A stretch of DNA of 63,544 bases, filler included, from Lenisia limosa (taxonomy: Eukaryota > Protista > Breviatea): assembly GCA_001655205.1 (NCBI GenBank). It is 13 parts of 13 records of this genome, joined end to end, with 100 filler letters (N's around TTAATTAATTAA, not from the genome) between each part and the next. Parts side by side here need not be neighbours in the genome. Positions count along the whole stretch, not along the records: positions 12,869 to 19,126 come from LPNZ01006884.1; positions 19,227 to 24,506 come from LPNZ01009977.1; 11 more parts are not named here. The stretch is one strand, 5' to 3'. Position numbers and translations under genes: made by a program. This document shows, piece after piece, positions 12,875-24,379 of this stretch (position 1 is the first letter of the stretch; each line of letters starts with the position of its first letter). Below the pieces are notes generated by a model, which made no database searches, was not told the origin of the DNA, and saw nothing but the letters and a program-made list of their open reading frames with translations.

Positions 12875-14486
12875 GTGTACTGCGACTTCCTGGATGGCAA
12901 GGGCTGGATGCTGATCATGGCATATGCCCACAAGGCCAATGTCGCGGTGTCACCCGTCGTTCTCCCCCTCAAAACGTTCCCATTCTTCAAGAACCAGCCG
13001 CTCGGTTTGCAGGGTTGTGTTTAGGGCTTCCCTTTCGGTTCCAATATTGTGACTGGATTATTAGTAAAGTCTAGGTGATTAATGATACATACGCCTTTTG
13101 GGATCAAAAGGGAAGATCTAGTTCAGGCCACATGCTCCATTTTTTTCTTCATGTTAAATTTTGATTTGAAAACCACTTGTACGCATCATTATGTTGCTTT
13201 TTCCGGTGCACAGTTATTGAATCGTTTTGCCTTGAGATTCACTGAAAGATGGCATATGTGTCACCCCCCCCCCCAGGTACCGACGGTTCAGTTGACTCCG
13301 GAGATTGGGGGCAATGTAGTGGAGAAACGTTGACAACCTTCCCCTGGACTTCCCTCCGATTCTATGCCAAGGTTTGCATGATATCGCTTATTTGATTTGT
13401 GACTTCTTCTGTTTACTTTCTTCTCCTTCAAGTTAAAAGGGAGAGGAATCATACGGTTTCACTTCGGTCCGAAAAAAGACTGAATTTCTCGATAAATCTT
13501 CGAAATTTTTCGATATTTTTCCGGAATTTTTCGAACCGAAGTGAAGCCCTAGGCTAGTTTTCACAGCTTCCATTATCCCCCAGTCTAGTCTACATTCGCG
13601 CGTTATTCACTTTGAAACGTCTCATGCCGGAACCGTCAGTGTGGTCAAACAGACCGGCAGCACCTCCATGACCGGGTTGCAGGTGTGGGGGGTATGGTTG
13701 AAGGGGGTGGAAATGACTTACGGGTAGGATGGCTTGTGTTGTAGAAGGTGTGCTTTTTATATGTTGGATGTGGGTGGCATATAGGGATGTTTACAGTATA
13801 TGGTTTACAGATGGAGGGTGAAAGCCACTGATTCTCGAAAAATCCTCGAAAGCTATTGATATGTTAATGATCTTTTTTCACTCAGTATAGTCGAGCTTTA
13901 CAGCGTTGACTGGTCATACTGCGTCTCTTCCTGCCAGTATGTGGGATTAAAGCGCATAATAAATATTTGGGGGTAGTGTAAGAGATAATATTCAGAAGTT
14001 GGAAGGCTTTTTTTATTTTATACCTGATAGTTTCCATAATCCTATTTTACAATGAGATAGGATATTTATTTGTTTTCTTGCTTTCTTTTCATTTTACCTC
14101 TTAGCGGCCAATAACTTCCCTGAGCTCACAAATCCTGACACAACCCTCAATGACTTCCCATTCTACTACAATGCCGGCGCGGGTGTAGACAACAGGTTCG
14201 GTGTTATTCTAAATTAGTAAAAAAAATGGCTCGTTGTATTTAATGAAGAATCTAGGTTATATAAGAGCCAATGTCATAGATATTGTTTATATCAATTTAA
14301 GGTATAGCTACAATGAAATCTTATACTTCATTGCTCCTCTCTTCGAATTAACTCTTTGGGATTCATAAATATTCGATTTGACCCCCTCCCAGATATTGGC
14401 TCTGCTATACCGGCCTCTACTATGCTGATGATGCGGGAAGTACTGCACTAACAGCCTCAACTATCCATCGCGTTTATGTTAATTAG
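12875..14486 (+). CDS. Fibrinogen-like 'YCD...GW' domain protein, C-terminal part
   Basis: Six in-frame exons: VYCDFLDGKGWMLIMAYAHKAN...PLG / TDGSVDSGDWGQCSGETLTTFPWTSLRFYAK / SSLHSRVIHFETSHAGTVSVVKQTGSTSMTGLQ / SSFTALTGHTASLP / NNFPELTNPDTTLNDFPFYYNAGAGVDNR / YWLCYTG...TIHRVYVN-TAG. Confidence 0.75.
13454..13550. mobile_element. ~97-bp TA-flanked MITE (family 1)
   Basis: TA|CGGTTTCACTTCGGTCCG ... CCGAAGTGAAGCCC|TA inside an intron. Related copies at 9656-9753, 21855-21949, 22375-22449, 33597-33680, 35076-35172, 51388-51483, 51959-52035, 55171-55266 and partial copies. Confidence 0.85.
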
Positions 14487-14734
14487 ACAAAGTTCTTGGT
14501 TTGTTTAAGAATCATGTGTATGTTTAATATTGATATATCATATTTATTCTTGAAAAAGCCACGATGCCTCATATTCATGAAAAACTATTGTTCACATTGC
14601 CAATAAGTATACACATCCTACTAACAGTACACTTAATTTACATCGCCATAATAAAACAAACAGATAGACTTAACACAAAAGACCACATCGGTCTCTTCAA
14701 CCCTCATTATTAATCCAACCCACAACTACCATCT

Positions 14735-17653
14735 CTACTTGCTAACACTCGGCACTTCCAAAATTGGCACAATAGAAGGGATTCCTTCGCTATTCTCACC
14801 TTCGCTATTCTCACCGACTGGCTCAACATTGGGCGTTTGTATCTTATTTTCTACCATGGGTTCAATTGTTGGCAGTTGAATGTTCTCTCCAATTCCTTCA
14901 ATGATTGGGAATTGTATCCTACTTCCTGTAAGTCCTTCAATGACTGGGAGTTGGACAAAACTTGGCCAGACCGCGCTAGTCTCCCCTGTTGGTGCAATAC
15001 TTGGCTGGGCAATACTTGGTGACGGCAGGATATTTTGTGCAATTTGCTGCTGCTCCACCTGCTCTACTCCGTCTTCCTCATCAGGTCGTTGCCTCTTATT
15101 GGCGGGGTCGTCAGTGGCCTCAAAAAGCCTCTTTCTTTCTTCTTGATTCAGGCTTGGAAGAACAGGGCGTTCGAGATTCTGGTATTGCACACTGGGTGGT
15201 GGACAGTCAAGACGTTGAAATTCCTGGATATATCAGAACGAATGTAATTGGAAATGGTAAAGTTTGAAGACGTCACGCCAAATAAGGTGGATTGTAATAA
15301 TATGTCGATGTAGTATATTATAACACTTACAATATATCGAAAATAGACGATTTTTTTTTCAAACCCTTAAAAAAAATAATAAAAAAAAAAATAATAATAA
15401 AAAAAAAATAATAAATACAAAAAACAGTATTCTGATAGGGGTCAACGTCATATATGTATCATATATCTCCATCCACAAAAACCGGTGCTATTTGGATAAA
15501 CTNNNNNNNNNNNNNNNNNNNNNNNNNNNNNNNNNNNNNNNNNNNNNNNNNNNNNNNNNNNNNNNNNNNNNNNNNNNNNNNNNNNNNNNNNNNNNNNNNN
15601 NNNNNNNNNNNNNNNNNNNNNNNNNNNNNNNNNNNNNNNNNNNNNNNNNNNNNNNNNNNNNNNNNNNNNNNNNNNNNNNNNNNNNNNNNNNNNNNNNNNN
15701 NNNNNNNNNNNCCCCACCCCATCATATATCATATACATTTCATGATCTGACCATCAATAATTGTAAGAGGTTCATCAGTTATACTTCTCGGTAATTTTTG
15801 TCTCTTTTTTTAAAAAAGAGTACAATAAGAAAAAAATTGCAATGTAATATATAATGTAATATATAATGTCTGGGAGCAAAATGTAATTATAAACATTTTG
15901 CTCCCAGACATAGGGACATACCCCCATTGATATACATTATATACACATTTGAATTATGGCCTGACAAACCTTACATACCCCCCAAATAGCGCAATAGTAT
16001 AGTATATATAATATAGCTAGTATATAATATATTATGACAAGGTCCCAGATAATCATGCCTAACATACCGCTCCTTGAAGAGCTTGGCATATTTTGTCATC
16101 TGTGATGTTGTCCCAAATTGTTGCTTTTAAGTGGCAGTTTGGGTGCAATTGGGGGAAAAGGGAGACCTATAGTGTGAAAAGGAATCCTCGGACATTCACT
16201 ACAATGATTTGATGGTCACATTTCTCAAGATAATCGAGAATTACATATCTCATAAAAAGTCAGTAATACTGTGCACAGTTGACTTGGAGAAACGGATATG
16301 TGATTTTATATGGAAAAGCGAAATACTTCCCTGTTTTTGAGAAAGCAAGATTGGACAAAACTATTTTCACCGCTTCCTACCAGCAAAACGGACTTTTGCT
16401 TGAGGCGCTGAATTATTAGAAAGTTAGCTCAAGGAATATTGGCCGATTTGCTCACGGTTTCCAAATAAAAATCAATCATACTGACCACCGGCACTGTAGT
16501 TCTTGATGTTAAATGTAAATTAGCTAGCTATAAAATGGAACAGATCCCCCTCCCACTCGATGACTATCTTGGCGTTTTCTCATGCAGGTTGCTTTGATGG
16601 CCTTGAGTGCTTCGAGGGAGTATCCGAGGCCGGCACATGCTGTTTTGAAGAACGAAAGCTGCGTCATCAGCCCCTCATTGAAGTTACCTAAGAGATGAAA
16701 ATGGATTTTACGATGAAAATGGGAACCACTGGAACAGAGAATAGCATCGAATTATATTCAAAATATCAAAAGCTTATGATTAGAATTTCAGCCAAGATTA
16801 AAAACACACCTAATCACGATTCTGCTTGACCAAAGAGCATCACTTTTCTGTAATACTATACCAATTGTCTTTCAATGCCCAATGAATATCGGCACTTTAA
16901 TTACATTTATACAAAACAAAAGGAAATCTCTACTTTAAATGAGGGAGTTTAGAGCGAAATAAACGTCTTGGTTGAGTGATATGTGGTAATATATATAAAT
17001 ATTGAGATTTAAATAAATATTCAATACCGAACATAAAAGGGGAACGACCAACAGAAAGTAAGTAATATATTTGGTCTGAAAAGACAACAAAATTTAAATG
17101 TTTGTAAATTATTAGAAGAGGTAATAGCGATGCTTCTCTTTTGCTACCTTACCTTCATAGTAATTCCTTGTGTATTCAAACAGGAGAAGAGCGTTCAATG
17201 CTTTTGCGATGTAAGGGAGGCTAAAACGGTTAACTGGTTGATATGACTGATAATTATGTTTTAGCTACAGAAATTTACTCTGTCCGAAAAAAAGAATATA
17301 ATGTGATGCTCTGGACGTTTCTGCCAGGTACTCATTCTATTTTTTCTCTCTCTCTCATAAGGTGCCTTTTGGGGAAGAGTATTTTCCCAATTATGCCCAT
17401 TATACTCATTATGTAATATAATGAATTAGTGATAAATAAATCATGATTAAATTCTTAATTGTATCTGATCTATAATTGGAGTAATTCAATTCAAAGGTGA
17501 ACCTTCTTACTTTGGGTCATAAGGCTTATCTTCCAAATATGTGATTACACCATTGGTGAGCTTGAAGATCTTCAATGCCTCAGTTTTCTCAACCACGGAA
17601 TAAAACTTGGCCAGAACTTCTTTCCCGAGGAGTTCAGCTACTGGATTTTCCTC
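14735..17653 (-). CDS. Hypothetical multi-exon protein (orphan, acidic low-complexity C-terminus)
   Basis: Putative first exon MEEENPVAELLGKEVLAKFYSVVEKTEALKIFKLTNGVITYLEDKPYDPK, middle exons GNFNEGLMTQLSFFKTACAGLGYSLEALKAIKAT and VSLFPQLHPNCHLKATIWDNITDDKICQALQGA, and a long terminal ORF 15190-14735. Confidence 0.4.
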
Positions 17654-20050
17654 CTCCATAACTCCAGTCAACACACGTAGGTAAGCTCAGATTTGAAGTG
17701 AGTAGCAGAGAGGGGGGGGGTGATGGATTTATAAGAAATAGATTATGTATTTAATAATTATGTAATTGTGTAATTGTGTATGTATTTTCAGCAGGTGACA
17801 AGGACAAAAGGCTTCGGCGGCATAACAATTAAATACAGGAAGGTGACGTCATGACGTCATAANNNNNNNNNNAACAGCTTGAAGTTGACACCTTGTATAG
17901 GCCATTGCTAGTGTTTTTTGAAAAAACGCTTCGNNNNNNNNNNGCCGTTGATGAAGGTTTGTAAGATATAATGTGTGTATTATGTACTAGCTATTTAATA
18001 AATATATATATACATAAAAAGGATTGGGAAATACTATAATCCAATATCTCTTAAAATTGTGATGGTGTGGACGCCTTTGGCCAAGCACTATCTTTTTTAT
18101 TTCTCATAAGGTATCGTATGCATCTATCTAAAGTGACCGTGGTCAACGCTTACCACAGTTGCTGTGTGTTTAAGAGTATTGTTACCATTTTTAGATGAAC
18201 TTGAACTTGAACCATCACTACAACCGCATTTTCAATCCCCCATCCCTACCTCTTCCTCCTCTTACTCCGAACGTAAGCAATTATTTCTTTTTNNNNNNNN
18301 NNCAAATTCCAACCTCAAGATACAGCTCACATGGTTTGTGGGAGAGTTAATTTGTTACCATGAGTTACATAAACTTTTCATTTATTAGTTTAGTACGTCA
18401 AACAAACAAACGCCAACTTGCCTTTATTAACACTTAGTCTTTCCAAGAAAAACCTCCCACTTGAGGAACGGTTGAGAGCCGAAGCAGAAAAGGGTACCGA
18501 AGAGGAGCTCTCCGAGGCTTCTCTGCATGCCTTCAAAACCATAGCAAGGAACCTTAATAAGCGGCCCAAGGGCCGTCGCTTTGATCGTGTATGTCGGAGC
18601 CGTTACATGATACTATCTAATGATATAGCATGTTGTAGTAAATGATACCATATATGATTGTATGTGGGTCCTCAAAGCTCCGGACATCATTCAAAATTCC
18701 CGGACACATCAAAACTCCNNNNNNNNNNNNNNNNNNNNNNNNNNNNNNNNNNNNNNNNNNNNNNNNNNNNNNNNNNNNNNNNNNNNNNNNNNNACCCCTC
18801 CCATATTTTACAGCAGCCTGCTATCCGAGTAAATCCACTCATCTCTCGTCGGTTGTTAAGGTAAGATTGGATTGCTATTAAATGGACATTGGAAATTGTT
18901 AAAGATTAATACACTGCTTCACTTGATCAATCCTCTTAACTTCAACCCCTGAAACGCAAGCTTATAAGCCAATATAGTCTAACACAATGCTATGAACCTG
19001 GCGAGTACGGTGGATTATCCAGCGAAAGGTACATGACTCTTCAGAGAATGGCCCTCAAGAGGACACGTGACAAACCAACGTCTGCCAAGAGAGAGCTTTC
19101 GGATGAACACTGGGTTGGGGGGGGGGNNNNNNNNNNNNNNNNNNNNNNNNNNNNNNNNNNNNNNNNNNNNTTAATTAATTAANNNNNNNNNNNNNNNNNN
19201 NNNNNNNNNNNNNNNNNNNNNNNNNNATATTATATTATATTATATTATATGGATAATAATAACACCAAAAAATCTGGACAAAACAACCCAAACGATATAC
19301 ATAAAAACAAAAAGAACAAAAAAACGAACAAGAGCGAGAACAGAAACAAGAAACATAACAAGAAGACCACAAACAGCAAGTGGAACAGCACGAAATCCCA
19401 CGAAGCTCATTGCTCCCAACCTTTCCTCATAATTTGGCGTTTCCTTGCTCACAGCCCTCCAGGCCGCNNNNNNNNNNNNNNNNNNNNNNNNNNNNNNNNN
19501 NNNNNNNNNNNNNNNNNNNNNNNNNNNNNNNNNNNNNNNNNNNNNNNNNNNNNNNNNNNNNNNNNNNNNNNNNNNNNNNNNNNNNNNNNNNNNNNNNNNN
19601 NNNNNNNNNNNNNNNNNNNNNNNNNNNNNNNNNNNNNNNNNNNNNNNNNNNNNNNNNNNNNNNNNNNNNNNNNNNNNNNNNNNNNNNNNNNNNNNNNNNN
19701 NNNNNNNNNNNNNNNNATCAAGAGGGGTAAAACGAAGGAAATTTCGATGAAGAATTTTGGCGTAAAGGAACCAACCATAGTCGTGAGTTTGTCGGAGCGA
19801 ATGGCCTTCTCACCAAGTCGATCTCTGGAAAGTAAGCAATTGTAAGGTTATGCCATCATCGTAGCGAATTGATTTAGATTAATAATATTGNNNNNNNNNN
19901 NNNNNNNNNNNNNNNNNNNNNNNNNNNNNNNNNNNNNNNNNNNNNNNNNNNNNNNNNNNNNNNNNNNNNNNNNNNNNNNNNNNNNNNNNNNNNNNNNNNN
20001 NNNNNNNGGGGCCCGGCCAAAAAGAAAGGCGAGTGCAAGTTGAGTGAGAG

Positions 20051-20120
20051 AAACGTCCCGGAATTGAACCGGGTCCTTTTGTGCCTAGAACAAATGCTTT
20101 AACCAATGAGCCAACGAAGT
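20051..20120 (-). pseudogene. tRNA-like sequence (tRNA pseudogene or tRNA-derived SINE head)
   Basis: The minus strand reads ...TGGCTCATTGGTTAAAGC-A-TTTGT-TCTAGGC-ACAAA-AGGA-CCCGG-TTCAATT-CCGGG-ACG. It has an A box, a B box and intact anticodon and T stems, but only about 3 bp of acceptor stem and C at position 33. Confidence 0.7.
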
Positions 20121-20999
20121 AACTCAACTCAAAGCGCCGAAAGCCATGGGGAGCTTTTCGTTGCCGTTGGAAGTCTTTATTTTTTGGAGTGATTTTTCCG
20201 ACAAATTTCAAGCCCCACCTAATCTAACTAATTCTCAAAACTGGACCAGTGTTATACTGTTTTTAGGGTTATTGTCAACTTTTTTTTCTTTGTCTCCTCT
20301 TTTTCCTTGTACAGACTGTTTCCCATCCCCTTTCCAATTAGTGAATTCAATACATGTCTTTGTAACCCAAAAGGGCAAAAAAAAAAAGGCGACACCCTCA
20401 ATGTGTTTTCTTTTACCAAATGTTGCTTTCGAACGCCCCCCCCCCCCNNNNNNNNNNNNNNNNNNNNNNNNNNNNNNNNNNNNNNNNTGTATTATTTTGC
20501 AACAACAAGCCCCATATGGAAAACTCAACTATCATTCACACTACATATCGGGATAATCTCTTGAACAAAGCACCCCCCTAATACCTTGAGCCCAAAATCA
20601 GGAACATGGGGAGGTCAGTCTGTTGCTGCAGATGGACTCCAACCTAAATGGTCAACACGAAATCAAAGGAAAATTAAAGGAAAATTAAAGGAAAACTAAA
20701 GGGAAATTAAAGGAAAATTAAAAAATTAAATGATAAACAAAAGAAAATCAGAAAAATATCACCATTTCAGCTTAATAGGCCCATGAAAAAGGCCATACTC
20801 AAAAAAACTAGAGTACTCTACAAAAAGAGACAATCAATGAGAAAGGCAATGAAAAGAATCTTAAATGCAGTAGTGTGTTTAATGATAGTTTTATTACAGT
20901 AAAAGAGGAACGTAAACAACGATAGCGAAATATCGTAAATAGGATAAGAGACTAGTTCAGTTCATCGGATAATCGATTCACAAAATAAAATTACAATTC

Positions 21000-22567
21000 C
21001 TCTTTTAAAATTGTTGAACACACCCTCTTCATCCCAGGTCAATTCCTTAAACTAGGCTCTTAATGTTTCTTCAATATACAATAGGGCTCCACATGGTTGT
21101 CCTCCTGACACTGCAATCCCGGTTCCCAAATATACCAGACTCGCAATCTCCATAATATTCAAAGAAATGGGTATTGAAAGGTTTTCTCAATAAGTCAACA
21201 AATAATCCATCCCTTACACTTTCACACACGATAGACGATACTCCCACTTACCNNNNNNNNNNCGAAACTAAAAATAAGTTATATATTTTGAGATAGTAAC
21301 ATGCTATCAGTTTACATAACCTCGAACAACTGTGAAATAAAATATTCAGTAAAGTGTCAAGCAGCACCTTAGTTTATAGCTAATAAGATATGTAGCACAA
21401 CATCTCCTGTACACAAGCTGGCTGTAAATATGGCACAAACGAAGGCCACTTGATCAGCTCCTACCATTTTTTCGAATGTTTGAAGACTTTCAGCCAGGCG
21501 CTCAGCATCCCAATCCTCTGGTGGGTTACAACATGTGGGAACATACGCTTGATATCATTGACAGTTTATTGTCTAATTTTGTCAATTTATTTTCTCAAAC
21601 AATTAATTACACAAACCCTAATTATTATGTCGTATCGCACCCCACACCAGCAAACCGAAGCATTTTTCGCCATACTCATCCAGACGCGCGCAGTACACAA
21701 AAAGACTTTCCTCGTTTGTGATATGATGCCACTTTCGGCGCTCGGACCTCTGTCCTCCTGAACCCAGGTTATCTAGTAATGTATATTACATGGTTTAATA
21801 TGACAACATTGTTTCGGATTTAATTCCTCCTAAATCCAGGTTATGTACTAGTTAGGACTTCCTACGCCAAAAAAGACTGAATTTTTCGATAAATCCTCGA
21901 TAAATAACGATATTTTACCGGTCAGTCTTGTTTGGACCGTAGAGAAGCCTAACACTAGTAGTATATCAGAATATACCAATATGAATGCAGATTTAATACC
22001 TCCTAAATCCAAGTTATCTCACATATGTATGATATAGAGTAGTTTATGAAATATGTATGTACAGTGACTGGGATAACATGTGACCGAATTGCTATATGAA
22101 TTCCAAAGAAACATCAGTCAAGACTTATCCTGATAACTGTAATATATCTGTATAAATAATAACTTACAAGCCAATCTTCATCCCCCTCCCCAAACCGGTG
22201 TCATAGATGCTGAGGCTTACCCCCTCGTAGGTCATCTCGTTGGAGTACATACCTGTGGTCCGGATTGCTCGTCTGAGTGCGTCAAAATGGGACAAAATTG
22301 GTGTCAAAAACAGGCATAATTACTGAAATTAGGAATGGAATGCGCGCGTAGGGAAACTCTAATGACCATACCTATGGCCTCACTTCGGTTCAAAAAAGAC
22401 CGGAAATATCGATAGTTTTCGAGGATTTATCGAAACCGAAGTGAAGCCCTACAATATCTTCCACCCCAACCTCAGCTCATCATTGAAGCCAGGCACGTAG
22501 TCGTCTTTAGTGATGGCCGCAATTCGGCTGAGAAGTACGGGGTCGACTCGGGTGGTACCAGCTTTTT
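21000..22567 (-). CDS. Divergent heterotrimeric G-protein alpha subunit, partial, possibly decaying to a pseudogene
   Basis: Spliced exons give LSRIAAITKDDYVPGFNDELR / RAIRTTGMYSNEMTYEGVSLSIYDT / GGQRSERRKWHHITNEESLFVYCARLDEYGEKCF / EDWDAERLAESLQTFEKM, matching G-alpha switch I, the G3 (DxGGQ) motif and switch II. Downstream segments (21000-21400) contain stops. Confidence 0.8.
22062..22139. mobile_element. ~77-bp TA-flanked MITE with CAGTG termini (family 2)
   Basis: TA|CAGTGACTGGGATAA ... TTATCCTGATAACTG|TA. A cleaner copy is at 47845-47920 (TA|CAGTGACCGGGATAAG...CCGGTCACTG|TA), with partial copies near 48455-48530 and 55432-55505. Confidence 0.75.
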
Positions 22568-22628
22568 CTGTACCCGTTAGATTCATATAAGTAATATCAT
22601 ATCATATACATGTATTGTAAAATACATA

Positions 22629-24379
22629 CAGTCGCGGACAAAATTAATTACAGTAGTCCTGTTTTTACCCAAAATTTTGTTAAAAATTGTGATAAATGGG
22701 ATCTAACTCGTCGAAACACCAGAATTTCACCTCAAACCAGTATACACACGTATTTCGAAAGTAGACGTCTTTTCGGATTAGGAATTATTGTTTTTTTTTG
22801 GGTTGTAAATTCTTATTTTCAGCGAAAAGATAAAAATAAAACGTCAACACCAGGAGTCGAACTCCCCGTCAATTATTCTTTTCAAGACAAACTGCTGTAA
22901 CAAATCTTCCGAAATGGAACGAAGAACGGTGTACATACTTCAAAACCCTAAACGGCCTCTTTGTTGAGATTGTCCGAGACATATGTTCTCATGTTGGTTG
23001 TAAATCCGTATTTTTAGCTTGGGTATTTAAGTAGGGCCTCCCGCTGCCTAAGAGTCAGCAGCGTACCAGCGTTCTGATCGTAAGCACACTCATTTACTTG
23101 TCTTAATTGTAGTCTTGTTCATGTCAAATACCTTTTTTTAGTCCCGAGCTTCTCAAATGAACCCAGGCATTGCTCAAATTAGTCCAACAAAGCGGTAGGA
23201 AGGGGTATTCATCTGCAAGACCATTGGCAACATTCTCAAGAGAGCCTGTGATGAAGACCAGGGCGATGAAACGAGGGGACGTAAGCGCGCTACTGCTGCT
23301 GTCACTGATCGCTATATTATCCGGAGAGTACGTCAAGATCCTAGAATAACTGCATGCGAACTTGCATCTGAGTTGTCGCAATCTTCAAGTGTGAACGTAT
23401 GCAGTCGAACTATTATCCGACGCCTTGCCGAGGCTGGCCTCTTCTGTCGTGTTGCCTGCGTGAAGTACCACATTTCCGAGAAGAACCGTGTGGCTCGCCT
23501 TGCCTTCGCGCGCAAGGCGAGCCCCAACTTCGCGATAGACCATGACCTTTCCGTTCTTCTGGAAAAGCTGGTACGGAGACTCGTCCGAAAACGCCCAAGA
23601 GTGCCAAAATTCCGCAGGCTTGTCGATGCTACGAGAAGTAGAACCTGATGCCGTCTTTCAAGAGCGTCGACCGCCGTAAGGTCATTGTCTGGGGTGTGTT
23701 TGGCTGGAAAGGCGTCGGTGATCTATACGGGGTCCAAGAAACAATGACTGGCAAGATCTACGTCAAGATCATTCGCCGTTTCCTCAAGTCTTCAACTAAG
23801 AAGTGCTGCCCTACTTCTTCTGACTTCTTCTGGCAAGAGGATAACGACCCCAAGCATATGTCACGTGTCGCTCAAGAATACTTACGTCGCAACAAGGTCA
23901 ACCGTGTCCAATGGCCATCTCAAAGCCCTGATCTCAACCCCATCCAGCATTTATGGGATGTTCTCGATCATGAAGTCCGTAAGCTCCATCCAGAACGCTT
24001 CCGTANNNNNNNNNNCACTAAGTACTGATTTGGAAGGATTTCGGACCTCAAGGCATTTCAAGTAACGTGTATTAGCATCAAAATGTAACTACTGACCCGT
24101 TTCCGAGTCGTGAGAGGACTATTTCATCAACGAACGAAGCAGGATTGAGAAATTAGTAAATATCAAAGATGAATGTCGTAGGTTCGAGTTTGATGTTTTA
24201 TTTTAATATTTTCGCAAACAAAAAAAAATCCAAATCCGAAAAGATGTCTACTTTCGAAATATATGCTGGTTTGAGGTGAAATTCTGGTGTTTCGACGAGT
24301 TATATCCCATTTATCACAATTATTAACACAATTTTGGGTAAAAACAGGAGACTACTGTAATTAATTTTGTCCGCGACTG
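22629..24379 (+). mobile_element. Full-length Tc1-type (IS630-Tc1-mariner) DNA transposon, 1751 bp, long TIRs, TA target-site duplication
   Basis: TA|CAGTCGCGGACAAAATTAATTACAGTAG ... CTACTGTAATTAATTTTGTCCGCGACTG|TA. The inverted similarity extends ~150-200 bp and there is an internal transposase remnant. Confidence 0.95.
23132..24028 (+). pseudogene. Tc1 DD34E transposase pseudogene (frameshifted; catalytic E changed to Q)
   Basis: HTH region GRKRATAAVTDRYIIRRVRQDPRITACELASEL...VCSRTIIRRLAEAGL and DDE region VIVWGVFGWKGVG...QEDNDPKH...WPSQSPDLNPIQHLW lie in different frames. There are 34 residues between D and the position normally E, here Q (CAG). Confidence 0.92.

Noticed and set aside
19700-19850. 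Merlin/ISXO2-like transposase remnant (NHSREFVGANG...)
   Set aside because: The upstream half is a copy of non-coding repeat family B (also at 10555 and 54850). The peptide resemblance is short, ends in a stop and is likely coincidental.
20080-20095. Amber-suppressor tRNA (CTA anticodon)
   Set aside because: The CTA register breaks two anticodon-stem pairs, whereas the standard register (5 perfect pairs) gives TAG. The acceptor stem is defective in any case.
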